From NCBI GenBank assembly GCA_963850315.1, contig CAWKKN010000006.1, forward strand, positions 264,644 through 328,643: a stretch of DNA of 64,000 nt. Reading direction: 5' to 3'. Below, in pieces: positions 21,947-30,787 of the stretch; position 1 is the stretch's first letter, and the number at the start of each line of letters is the position of its first letter. The translations under genes were made by a program, and so were the position numbers. The stretch comes from an uncultured Actinomycetes bacterium. Its GTDB lineage: Bacteria; Actinomycetota; UBA4738; HRBIN12. Below the pieces are notes generated by a model, which saw only the letters and a program-made list of their open reading frames with translations, searched no databases and was not told the DNA's origin.

Positions 21947-22963
21947 TCAGGATGTGAGCTCGCCGCAAAGATCTTGCGCGACGAGCGCTCGGGCCGCCGC
22001 GGGAGTGTGGCCCGACCCCAGCAGGTACCAGAGCTTCGCGAGCGCGGCCTCGGCGGTCATGTCGGATCCACCCACCACCCCGATGCGGGCGAGGGCCGCC
22101 CCCGTCGCATAGAGGTCGAGCTCCACCGAACCTCGGAGGCACTGCGTACAGTCGACCACGACGACTCCGGCCTCCACCGCGTCCGCGATCGCCGATAGCA
22201 GCCCGGGTTCCCGGTCCGGAGCGTTCCCGGCCCCGTAGGCCTCCAGGACGAGTCCTTGCAGCGGCGGAAGCACGATGTTGCGCACCACCTCGGCCGAGAT
22301 ACCCGGGAACAACCGGAGCGCCGCCACGTCGACGCGGGGATCATCCGGCAGCGTCACCGGCCGGGAGGACGCAGCGCGCACCAGGTCCCAGCGGATGGAC
22401 ACCTCGACCCCCGCCTCACCCAACGCCGGGTGATTCGGGGACGCGAAGGCGTCGAACGCATCGGCGTCAACCTTCGTGGCTCGGCACCCGCGGAGGATCC
22501 TGCCTCCGAAACAGAGCACCACCTCCGAGAGCGGGCGCGACGAGCCCGCGATCATCATCGACGTGATCAGGTTGTCGCGAGCGTCGGTGCGGACCTCTCC
22601 CAACGGGATCTGGGACCCCGTGACGACGACGGGCTTGCCGAGGCCCTGGAGCAGGAACGCAAGGGCCGACGCGGTGTAGGCCATGGTGTCGGTGCCGTGG
22701 AGCACGACCGAGCCGTCGTAGCCCTCGGCGCGCGCGGCGATGTCGCCCGCGATCCGCAGCCAATCGCGCGGACGCATGTTCGACGAATCCAGGAGCGGAT
22801 CGTATTCGACCAGGTCGAAACTCGGCAGGCTCGGGTGGCTCAGCTCGGGCACGCGCGCCAGCTGCTGCGCGAGGAAACCGGGCTCTGGGGCATACCCCTC
22901 GGACGTGGGGCGCATCCCGATCGTGCCGCCCGCATGCGCGAGGAGGACGTGCCGTCGACTCAG
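21947..22963 (-). CDS. type I L-asparaginase
   Basis: The last 338 codons of ORF 21947..23413 carry VLLAHAGGTIGM (catalytic Thr loop), VVLHGTDTMAYTASAL and VVTGSQIP. There is no in-frame ATG/GTG/TTG near the expected N-terminus. The only candidate is CTG 22963, which overlaps the AlaX stop. Confidence 0.82.
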   Translation of the reverse strand: MSRRHVLLAHAGGTIGMRPTSEGYAPEPGFLAQQLARVPELSHPSLPSFDLVEYDPLLDSSNMRPRDWLRIAGDIAARAEGYDGSVVLHGTDTMAYTASALAFLLQGLGKPVVVTGSQIPLGEVRTDARDNLITSMMIAGSSRPLSEVVLCFGGRILRGCRATKVDADAFDAFASPNHPALGEAGVEVSIRWDLVRAASSRPVTLPDDPRVDVAALRLFPGISAEVVRNIVLPPLQGLVLEAYGAGNAPDREPGLLSAIADAVEAGVVVVDCTQCLRGSVELDLYATGAALARIGVVGGSDMTAEAALAKLWYLLGSGHTPAAARALVAQDLCGELTS

Positions 22964-23682
22964 GGGTCGATCAGCTCGATCCGCATCCGTTTGTTCGCCT
23001 TGCCCTTCGACTCGGTCTTCACGACGCGGACGCCGCCGATCTCCGCGGTCGAGCGCACATGCGTCCCGCCGTCCGCCTGCTTGTCGACGCCTTCGATGTC
23101 GATGACGCGGATCGGGTCCACGGAGTCCGGGATGAGGCTGACCTTCGTGCGGATCAGGTCGGGGTCGGCGAGCGCCTCGGCGCGCGGCAGGAAGCTCACG
23201 TGGACGGGGTGGTCCTCCCCGAGGCGCGCGTTGAGCTTCTCCTGCACCTCGTGTCCGAACTCCTGGCTGATCCCGTCCAGCTCGAAGTCCATGCGTGCGC
23301 TGCCGAGGTCCATGTTCCCCCCGGTGACCCGAGCGCCGTAGTCCGCGAAGATGACGCCCGACAACGCATGGAGCGCGGTATGCGTCCGCATGAACGTGTG
23401 CCGCCGGCCCCAATCGATCTCCACGGTGACGGCGGTGCCCGCCGGCGGCGGTACGCCTTCCTCGACCACGTGGAGGACCTCGCCGTCCTCACGGGCCTTG
23501 ATCGTCTCACCAAGCCGGCACGAACCGCCATCCCAATGCAGCGTTCCCGTGTCGCCCGGCTGGCCGCCGCCTCGCGCGTAGCAGACAGTGCGGTCGAGCA
23601 AGACCCCCTCCTCGCGCAGGTCAAGGACCACCGCGTCGCACGTCGTGAGGTAGGCGTCCCGCGTGTACAGCTCGTCGGTCAT
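22960..23682 (-). CDS. alanyl-tRNA editing protein, AlaX-M type
   Basis: Intact 240-aa ORF with the editing-domain zinc motifs HTALHAL and KQADGGTHV. Confidence 0.85.
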   Translation of the reverse strand: MTDELYTRDAYLTTCDAVVLDLREEGVLLDRTVCYARGGGQPGDTGTLHWDGGSCRLGETIKAREDGEVLHVVEEGVPPPAGTAVTVEIDWGRRHTFMRTHTALHALSGVIFADYGARVTGGNMDLGSARMDFELDGISQEFGHEVQEKLNARLGEDHPVHVSFLPRAEALADPDLIRTKVSLIPDSVDPIRVIDIEGVDKQADGGTHVRSTAEIGGVRVVKTESKGKANKRMRIELIDP

Positions 23683-23733
23683 GGATGAAAGGGTAGCCCA
23701 GCGCCTGGAAGGCCGGGCCCTGCCCGCCCCGAC

Positions 23734-24657
23734 TCACACGATGGGCTCGGGGGTCCTCGTGGTGCGGACGATGGAGGCGATGACGGCGCCCACGAGGATG
23801 AGTGCGCCGCCGGCAGCCACGGCCAAGGTGATGGGTTCGTCGAGGAAGAAGTACGCGAGGATCGCCACCGTGAGGGGCTCCAGCACGCCGATGATGGCGT
23901 TGCGGACCGCCCCGAGGCGCTGCAGGCCACCGAGCATCGCCGCGAACGCTCCCGCGCTGAACACGATCATCAGGGCGAGGCGCCACCAGTCCGCCGCAGC
24001 CGGAACGACGAGCGGACCGAGCACCACCCCGTACACGAGGTTCGCTACCGCGGCGCCGGCGCCGAGCCACGTCGCGGCCGTGAGGGGGTCCGTCACCTTC
24101 ACGAAGCGATCGGTCGCGATCAGGTACGCGGAGTAGGCGACCGACGTGCACAGGGCCAAGACGATGCCGACGGTCGTCACGTCGGCCCGGCCACCGCCCA
24201 ATACGACGATCGCGCTGCCGGCGACCGCGAGGCCGAGCGCGACGAAGAGCAGGCCGGGAGGACCTTTTCGGTCGAGGGCGATCGTCGCGAGCATCACCCA
24301 GACCGGGTACGTGTAGAACAACAGGGTTACGGCCGCCGCGCTGCCGTGGTTGAGCGCCGAGAAGTACAGAGCCGCCTCCGAGCCGTACCCGACCGTGCCG
24401 GCCAGACCCAGCGCGAGGCGCTCTCCACGCGCCGGCAGCCGCGGACGCCCCGTGGCCATCAGCACGCCGAACAGCAGGAGGAACTGGCCCCCGAACCGGA
24501 TCGCGAGCATCCCGAAGGGAGCGCTTCCCGCCTGAACTTCCTTGCCGAGGATCACCACCACGGCGAACAGCGCCGCCATGAGCGCCGATAGGCCGGCGCC
24601 CGTCAGCTCGCCGCGTCGATCGACCGCGCGTCGGCCGCGGGGAGAGGCGATGGTCAC
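23734..24657 (-). CDS. EamA/DMT family transporter
   Basis: GTG at residue 92 of ORF 23734..24930 overlaps the upstream stop (GTGA). About 10 TM segments forming two EamA repeats (ALMAALFAVVVILGKEV...; GIVLALCTSVAYSAYLIA...). Confidence 0.85.
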   Translation of the reverse strand: MTIASPRGRRAVDRRGELTGAGLSALMAALFAVVVILGKEVQAGSAPFGMLAIRFGGQFLLLFGVLMATGRPRLPARGERLALGLAGTVGYGSEAALYFSALNHGSAAAVTLLFYTYPVWVMLATIALDRKGPPGLLFVALGLAVAGSAIVVLGGGRADVTTVGIVLALCTSVAYSAYLIATDRFVKVTDPLTAATWLGAGAAVANLVYGVVLGPLVVPAAADWWRLALMIVFSAGAFAAMLGGLQRLGAVRNAIIGVLEPLTVAILAYFFLDEPITLAVAAGGALILVGAVIASIVRTTRTPEPIV

Positions 24658-25442
24658 GAGCCGCCGCCAAGGAAGGAGCTGACCCGCTGCACCAGCATCG
24701 GAATCTGCGCCATCAGCTCCTCCTGCGAGCCGAGCACGATCAGCTCGGCGTTCGGCATCGTCTCCACCAGCACCCGACCGACGACGGCGGGATGGATCGG
24801 GTCGCCCTCGCGGGAGATGACGAGCGCGGGAGCGGTGACGGCGCGAAGCTTCTCGCGATCCTCGATAGCGACGTCGCGCACGATCTCGCGGATCGCCCGC
24901 GCGACGCCGATCGGGTTCATGTCCTGCCACAGCAGTATGTCGAAGTCGCGGAGCCCGGGGTGGGCGTCGTAGCTCGCGGCGCGGTCCCCCTCCCTGAAGA
25001 TCGCCTCGATCGCCTCGTCCTTCGGCAGGGTCTCCAGCACGTGGGCCGTGCGATCGAACGACGCGTGGTCGCTCATCGCCACGTCGAGGGAGGCGGGGAG
25101 CAGGAAGACCAGCCGCTGGAAACGATCGGGTCGATCACCCAGCAGATTCGTGAGCGCGCCCGCGCCGAGCGACGTGCCCACGGCGTTCGTGGCGCCGTAG
25201 GCCGTCGCCACCGCGTCCAGGTCGCGTGCGAAGTCCGCGAAGCGGAAATGGCCCGGCTCCGGGGTGCTGGAGTGCCCATGGCCGCGGAAGCAGAAGCGCA
25301 CCTTCGTCCCCGGCGCGAAGGGCGTGAATGCGGCGAGCTCCATGCACGAGTTCGTCAGCCCGTGGGCGAACACGGTGACGGGATCGCCCGCTCCGTCGAC
25401 CGCGACGTGCAGGAGGGCGTCGCCGGTCGTGACCTCGGGCAC
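24654..25442 (-). CDS. alpha/beta hydrolase
   Basis: Intact 262-aa ORF: VTVFAHGLTNS, nucleophile elbow GTSLGAG, ALVISREGDPIHP. Confidence 0.8.
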   Translation of the reverse strand: MPEVTTGDALLHVAVDGAGDPVTVFAHGLTNSCMELAAFTPFAPGTKVRFCFRGHGHSSTPEPGHFRFADFARDLDAVATAYGATNAVGTSLGAGALTNLLGDRPDRFQRLVFLLPASLDVAMSDHASFDRTAHVLETLPKDEAIEAIFREGDRAASYDAHPGLRDFDILLWQDMNPIGVARAIREIVRDVAIEDREKLRAVTAPALVISREGDPIHPAVVGRVLVETMPNAELIVLGSQEELMAQIPMLVQRVSSFLGGGS

Positions 25443-25446
25443 GGAC

Positions 25447-28400
25447 CTACTCGGCCGGCACGGCCGGCTCGCCAGCCACCGTCACGAGATCGCCCTTCCC
25501 CGCGAACTGATCCTTGATCCTTCGGGCCCAGGCGGCAACCAGCGCCGTCAACACCAGGAAGACGACGCCCGAGGCGATGAGGATGAACCGCGTACGTGTC
25601 GGGTCGTCCTCGATCCAGATGAACGACAGGATCAGCGCCGGGACGATGAACCCCAGGTTGTACGCGATGTCGAACAGCGCGAACGCGCGGCCCCGGAAGT
25701 CGTCGGGCATCGTTTGCTGCACGATCGTGTCCGCCGCGATCTTCCCGATGAAGAACGCGAAGAACCCCACGAACAGCAATGCCGCGAACCCCGCCAGCGA
25801 CACGGCCGCGCCGAACACGATCGTGCCGACCCCCAGCAGGATCATCGAGGCGAGCAGGAGACGGATCGGCGGCACGCGGTCCTTCCACTTCTGGGCCAGC
25901 ACCATCCCGAGCGCGAGACCGACCAGGCCGCCGGCGCCCGAGAGGGCGAGGGCGACGGTGCTGGCGTTGCCGCCCTGCACCAGGTTCTTCGCGTACAACG
26001 CGAACGTGAAGAGCACGAATCCCCAGAACTGGTAGCGGAGCATCTGGAACGACGACACTCCCAGCGCTGCCGGCGCTCGGTGGGCAACCTCCTTCACGCC
26101 GTCCACGATGGTCCGCAGAACCTGCGACGCTTCTCGCGCGAAGCTGGTCTCGTGCGGCGACGCCTCTGCGTGCCGCAGTCGTCTCGCGATGTAGGCGGCG
26201 ATCACGAGCACCGCAGCACCGCCCACGACGACCATCCACTCCGGCACGATCGCTCCGGCCGCAAGAGCGAACGCCACCCCGGCCAGCTGGGACAACGAAC
26301 CGCCCGCCTCAGAGAGGCCGTTGCCCTGCAAGAGATCGCGCCCCGACAGGACGTCGGGGATGGCGGCGGACTTCGCCGCTAGCGCTACCCGCACGCAGCC
26401 CTGAGCCGCCAGCAACCCCAGGATCAGCCCGAGCGTTGCCGTCACGTCCCCTTCGCTCGTCCGCTTGCCCAAGGGAAGCATGATGCCGGCGGCGATCAGC
26501 GTAACGGCCACGGCCGTGATGATGTTCGCCCGGCTCACCACCTTGCGTCGCTCGAACCGGTCGATGAACACCCCGATGAACGGAGAGATGAGCGTGTAGG
26601 GAACGTAGAGCGCCAACACGACCTTCAGCAGGTAGTCGGCTGAGGGCACCGTCGACAGCGCGAACCCCTTCTCCCCGCCGAACGCGATCGACTTGCCGAT
26701 CGCGCCCTGGATCACGCCCTGGCCCGCCTGCGTCATGAACTGCACGCCCATCAACGTGGCGAAGTCCCGGTTGGAGAACACCGCGAACATCCGGTTGAAG
26801 AAGTCACCGAACGCGAGGAGCGCCCCCGTCAGCGCGCGTCGCCCGAACCTGAGAGCGGCCGCGAAGCCCAGGGCCAGGGCGACGACGGCCCAGGCCTTGG
26901 TTCCGGTGAGGGGGCCGCGCCACACTCCGAGCAACGCGATGCCCGACAGCAGCGTGATCACGATGGACATGCCGGGGATCAGCGCGATCCTGCTGGGTGT
27001 GTCCTCGATCTCGAAGAACGGGGCCGCGATCAACCCGGGAAGCACCGCCAGCAGGAGGAGCCCGGCGAGCACACGGAGCGTGTGCAGCGGATCGCCCAGT
27101 GCGCCCGGATGGTCCTGGAAGCTCGCCTGTTGCGCCTGTGCGGCGGCATTCGCCTCGGCGATCACGTTGGGAGGTGGAACCCACAGACCGGGTCCGTCGA
27201 GCACCCAGACATCGGGCCCCACCGCAACGGCGTTGGCCGCCACCGCGGTCTCGTCGACGTTGCCCTTGTAGAACTGACCGATCACGAACGCGACGGGGGC
27301 CGCGGGGTAGGTCCTGCGCCGCGCGGCGATGTCCTCGAGGTACTTGCGCGACCATTCGTCGTACTTCTCGGCGCCGCTCGCGCTGGTGGTCGGCCGTCCG
27401 GCGAGGAAGTTCTCCAGCGTCCCCAGGTAGGTGGCGGCGTAGCGCGCCGAGGCCCCCGGCAGCCCGGTCCGGAAGATGTTCGTGTAGGTCTTCGCCCACC
27501 CATAGGCGACGTTCGTGCCGGTGGCATCCTCGGTGTCGTTGAAGTCCATGACCAGGATGTTGGGGCGCTCGCCGGCCGCCTCGGTGACGACATGCACCGA
27601 CGCGAGCGACGTTCGGACGTCCTCGTTCGCCCACTGCGCCGACGCGCTGACCCAGCGGTTCGTGAGTCCGTCGTAGAAGAGCCAGCCGAGCGAGCCCACC
27701 ACGAGCAGAGCCAGGAGCACCCCCGCGATCCGCGCGCGGCCCGGCAGCCGCAGGAAGAACCGCACCGCGACGAATGCGCCGAGACCAGCGAGCGCGATCG
27801 GCGCCGCCGTGGCGTTGACGAACCGGTAGTAGGGAAGGGTCTTCACGAGCACCGTGAGCGCGCCCCCCAGCGGCAGCAGCCACCACGCGGACACCATCGT
27901 GTACTCGTCGGCCGGCTCTCGCCGCCGGCGCGCGAGCATGACGGCGCTCACGATCGCCACGGCCACCAGGCTGCCCGTGATCAACGGGCTGAGCGAGCCG
28001 ATCCACTGCGTCAGCCGCTCCACGAAGAACGACTTGGTGTACGGAGGGGGCGAGGCAGCGTCGGAGAACTTCGCGCGCTGACCCCAGATCCCGATCACCC
28101 ACATCGACAGCCCGAGGACCATCCCGGCGCCTGTCGACATCAGCAGCGGTCCGTCGGATCGCAGCGCCGCCCCGAGCGAGAGCCGGCTCGTGATGAAGTG
28201 GAACACGAAGACCGCGAGCAGCGAGAGCCCGAACAGGCTCGCGCTGGTGGGGTGCGTGAAGGCGATCGCGACGGCGATCAGGAACACGCCAACCCGGGCA
28301 CCCCAGGATGTTCGCGCCGCGCCTGAGAACGCGACCACGAGCGAGATGAGGAACAGCACCGTGATGTCGTCGAGATAGCCGACATAAGGGGTCGTGAGGA

Positions 28401-28860
28401 ACAACGCGGCGGCGGCGAGCATCGTCAACAGCACCACCAGGGCATCCCTGCGTGCGCGAAAGGCGCCGGCCCCCAGGGCGAGCCCCGTCAGCACCGGCAC
28501 CGACACCATGAGGAAGGCGCTGAAGGTGTACGGACTGATGGCGGCGATGCGCTGCAGCAACGCCCCGGCCAGGGGCACCGTGACGCGATAGCCGCCCGCG
28601 AACACGTTGCCCGGTCCCCAGTCCCCCGCGATGGAGCCGGGGCTCGACTGCAGGATCACGTTCGCGCGCCACGTGTACCACGCGGGATCGCGGGTAGGGG
28701 CGGTCCAGGTTGGGTGCGTGATGAGCCCCCATCCCAGGATCAGCAGCAGCAGCGCGGCGAACCCGCCGATCAACCACCAGGAGCCCAGCCAGCCTCCACC
28801 GGTGCCGGGCGCCTCGGAGGAGACCCGGACACGCCCGTTCGCGGTATGCGTGACTGCCAT
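25447..28860 (-). CDS. 1137-aa polytopic membrane protein: N-terminal multi-TM plus extracytoplasmic domain (GT-C-like, weak call) fused to a C-terminal MFS transporter
   Basis: Met 45 of ORF 25447..28992, with GGAAAG upstream. The N-terminal ~700 aa have many TM segments, a first loop RDPAWYTWR and a ~190-aa soluble insert. The C-terminal ~440 aa are a typical 12-TM MFS beginning MFAVFSNRDFATLMGVQFMTQAG. No stop or frame change occurs between the halves. Confidence 0.7.
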   Translation of the reverse strand: MAVTHTANGRVRVSSEAPGTGGGWLGSWWLIGGFAALLLLILGWGLITHPTWTAPTRDPAWYTWRANVILQSSPGSIAGDWGPGNVFAGGYRVTVPLAGALLQRIAAISPYTFSAFLMVSVPVLTGLALGAGAFRARRDALVVLLTMLAAAALFLTTPYVGYLDDITVLFLISLVVAFSGAARTSWGARVGVFLIAVAIAFTHPTSASLFGLSLLAVFVFHFITSRLSLGAALRSDGPLLMSTGAGMVLGLSMWVIGIWGQRAKFSDAASPPPYTKSFFVERLTQWIGSLSPLITGSLVAVAIVSAVMLARRRREPADEYTMVSAWWLLPLGGALTVLVKTLPYYRFVNATAAPIALAGLGAFVAVRFFLRLPGRARIAGVLLALLVVGSLGWLFYDGLTNRWVSASAQWANEDVRTSLASVHVVTEAAGERPNILVMDFNDTEDATGTNVAYGWAKTYTNIFRTGLPGASARYAATYLGTLENFLAGRPTTSASGAEKYDEWSRKYLEDIAARRRTYPAAPVAFVIGQFYKGNVDETAVAANAVAVGPDVWVLDGPGLWVPPPNVIAEANAAAQAQQASFQDHPGALGDPLHTLRVLAGLLLLAVLPGLIAAPFFEIEDTPSRIALIPGMSIVITLLSGIALLGVWRGPLTGTKAWAVVALALGFAAALRFGRRALTGALLAFGDFFNRMFAVFSNRDFATLMGVQFMTQAGQGVIQGAIGKSIAFGGEKGFALSTVPSADYLLKVVLALYVPYTLISPFIGVFIDRFERRKVVSRANIITAVAVTLIAAGIMLPLGKRTSEGDVTATLGLILGLLAAQGCVRVALAAKSAAIPDVLSGRDLLQGNGLSEAGGSLSQLAGVAFALAAGAIVPEWMVVVGGAAVLVIAAYIARRLRHAEASPHETSFAREASQVLRTIVDGVKEVAHRAPAALGVSSFQMLRYQFWGFVLFTFALYAKNLVQGGNASTVALALSGAGGLVGLALGMVLAQKWKDRVPPIRLLLASMILLGVGTIVFGAAVSLAGFAALLFVGFFAFFIGKIAADTIVQQTMPDDFRGRAFALFDIAYNLGFIVPALILSFIWIEDDPTRTRFILIASGVVFLVLTALVAAWARRIKDQFAGKGDLVTVAGEPAVPAE

Positions 28861-28985
28861 GGGTTGTCGGTTCTTTCCTGCTCGGGAGCCGTATCGCCGC
28901 GTCGAAGAAGGGCCGCTGGACCGGCCAAGGATAGACGACCGAGCCCCGGCCGCCCGGCAGCGCCGAGGCCCGCTCCCCTCGCAAG

Positions 28986-29012
28986 TTGACAAACGTATCG
29001 GAAACGGTTGTC
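28986..29012 (+). promoter_or_regulatory. TTGACA hexamer plus inverted repeat GACAAACG-N9-CGGTTGTC immediately upstream of znuA (candidate promoter/metalloregulator operator)
   Basis: TTGACA at 28986-28991. Inverted-repeat arms at 28988-28995 and 29005-29012, ending 10 nt before the znuA ATG (29022), so the transcript may be short-leadered or leaderless. This is the locally least GC-rich stretch. Confidence 0.3.
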
Positions 29013-29021
29013 ATTTCGGTT

Positions 29022-29933
29022 ATGAGAGATCGGCGCGCGATCTACACCCTCGCGACGTTCGCCGCGGGTACGTTGCTTCTCGCCGCCTGTGGAGGTGGAG
29101 GGGGAACGTCGTCCGGCGCCGCAGGAGGTCGCCTGGCCGTGGTGGCGGCGGAGAACTTCTACGGAAACATCACGCAACAGATCGGCGGTTCTCACGTGAG
29201 CGTCGTGTCCATCCTCAGCGACCCGAACGCGGACCCGCACCTGTTCCAGGCCAACACAACGGCGGGCGCCGAGGTCGCGGACGCCGAGGTCGTCATCGAG
29301 AACGGCGTCCACTACGACGACTGGATGGGCAAGCTGATCGCGGCTTCGCCCAACCCCAAGCGCCGTGTCGTGACGATGGCCGCGGTCCTCGGCGTGTCCG
29401 GGCCCGACGCGAACCCGCATCTGTGGTACGACGTGCCCCGTCTGCCGCAGATCGCCTCGGCGATCGCGGACGCACTCGGGGCTGCCGACCCGGCCCACGA
29501 AGCCTCCTACCGCGCCGGGGAGGCCTCGTTCGTGGCGTCCCTCAAGCCACTCGACAAGGCGGTCGCGGCGATCAAGGCGAGCTACGGCGGGACGCAGGTG
29601 GCCTACACCGAGCCCGTCCCGGGCTACCTGCTGGACGCGGCAGGCCTCGTCAACGAGACGCCGGAGGGGTTCTCCAAGGCGATCGAGGAGGGAACCGATC
29701 CGACGCCGCAGGCGGTTGCCGAGACCAACGCCCTGTTCACCGGCAAGCAGGTCAAGGTGCTGCTGTACAACGCCCAAGCCACCTCACCCATCACGGATCA
29801 GCTACGCCAGCTGGCACAGCAGAACGCCATCCCGATCGTTCCGGTTACGGAGACCCTTCCATCGGCGGCATCGTCGTTCCAGGCGTGGCAGCTCGGTCAG
29901 GTCGAAGCACTCGCGGCGGCGCTGCGCGGGTGA
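29022..29933 (+). CDS. znuA: metal (Zn/Mn) ABC transporter substrate-binding lipoprotein, ZnuA/TroA family
   Basis: Met 13 of ORF 28986..29933. Lipobox LLLAAC. Family motifs NADPHLF, ANPHLWYD and YTEPVPGYL. Confidence 0.85.
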   Translation: MRDRRAIYTLATFAAGTLLLAACGGGGGTSSGAAGGRLAVVAAENFYGNITQQIGGSHVSVVSILSDPNADPHLFQANTTAGAEVADAEVVIENGVHYDDWMGKLIAASPNPKRRVVTMAAVLGVSGPDANPHLWYDVPRLPQIASAIADALGAADPAHEASYRAGEASFVASLKPLDKAVAAIKASYGGTQVAYTEPVPGYLLDAAGLVNETPEGFSKAIEEGTDPTPQAVAETNALFTGKQVKVLLYNAQATSPITDQLRQLAQQNAIPIVPVTETLPSAASSFQAWQLGQVEALAAALRG

Positions 29934-30787
29934 GCGCGACCGGGCCCGTCATCGAGTTGCGGAAGGCGTCGCTGAGGTTCGGCAACCGAAGCCTGTGGAA
30001 GGAGATCGACCTCGAGGTCCCCGCCGGAGAGTTCCTGGCGGTGCTCGGGCCGAACGGGGCCGGGAAGACATCCCTCCTGCGCGTGCTGCTCGGGCTGACC
30101 CCCCTCAGCGCGGGGACCGTGAGCGTGCTCGGATCGGCACCCGAGCGAGGCGACGCACACCTGGGGTATGTCCCCCAGCAGCGCGCGTTCGACGACGGCC
30201 TCCCCCTGAGGGGCCGGGACCTGGTCGCTCTCGGCGTCGACGGCCATCGATGGGGCATCGGTTTCCCCAGCCGCGCGCGGCGGGATCGCGTGGACCGAGC
30301 GATCGCGGCCGTCCACGCAGGATCCTTTGCAAGGGCTCCCGTGTGGATGCTCTCGGGCGGCGAGCATCAACGTCTTCGCGTCGCGCAAGCGCTCGTGTCC
30401 GACCCCGCGCTCCTGCTGTGTGACGAGCCGCTCCTCAGCCTCGACCTGAGCCACCAACGCACCGTCGTGGAGTTGCTCGATTCTCGGAGACGAGAGCGGG
30501 ACACCGCGGTGGTCTTCGTGACGCACGAGATCAACCCGATCCTTCCGATCGTCGATCGTGTGCTCTACATCGCCCCCGGCTCGTGGGCCGTCGGAAGCAC
30601 GGACGAGGTCCTCACCAGCGAGACGCTCTCACGTCTCTACGGGACTGCGGTCGACGTGCTGCGCGTCCGGGGCCGGATCATCGTGGTCGGGGCACCGGAC
30701 GAGCCCGACGCCGCCCTCGGCGCGTCGGGCCACACGCATGCCGGTCACGATCATGAAGCCGGTCACGATCATGAGGACGCACGATGA
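29930..30787 (+). CDS. znuC: metal ABC transporter ATP-binding protein with a His-rich C-terminal tail
   Basis: GTG 29930 overlaps the znuA stop (GTGA). Walker A GPNGAGKTS, signature LSGGEHQRLRVAQA, Walker B LLLCDEPLLSLD, tail GHTHAGHDHEAGHDHEDAR. Confidence 0.85.
   Translation: MSATGPVIELRKASLRFGNRSLWKEIDLEVPAGEFLAVLGPNGAGKTSLLRVLLGLTPLSAGTVSVLGSAPERGDAHLGYVPQQRAFDDGLPLRGRDLVALGVDGHRWGIGFPSRARRDRVDRAIAAVHAGSFARAPVWMLSGGEHQRLRVAQALVSDPALLLCDEPLLSLDLSHQRTVVELLDSRRRERDTAVVFVTHEINPILPIVDRVLYIAPGSWAVGSTDEVLTSETLSRLYGTAVDVLRVRGRIIVVGAPDEPDAALGASGHTHAGHDHEAGHDHEDAR
30740..30775 (+). repeat. tandem 18-bp duplication encoding (AGHDHE)x2 at the znuC 3' end
   Basis: GCCGGTCACGATCATGAA followed directly by GCCGGTCACGATCATGAG. 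Coordinates are derived by counting codons back from the stop at 30785-30787. Confidence 0.8.

Noticed and set aside
26804-29014. 736-aa minus-strand ORF and many other long Arg/Pro/Gly/Ala-rich ORFs on both strands (e.g. 4483..5418, 20277..21473, 41812..43029, 42831..43793)
   Set aside because: These are alternative-frame or antisense shadows of recognised genes. This is expected because stop codons are rare in DNA this GC-rich. They show no recognisable motifs and no sensible composition.
30740-30775. Short direct repeat considered as a CRISPR or minisatellite seed
   Set aside because: There are only two 18-bp units with no spacers. They are in frame inside znuC and encode a duplicated AGHDHE peptide.
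28607-30787. 726-aa ORF spanning the divergent intergenic region, znuA and znuC
   Set aside because: Only the last 285 codons (from GTG 29930) are ZnuC. The upstream part is an alternative frame of znuA and antisense to the membrane-fusion gene, with a typical GC-shadow composition.
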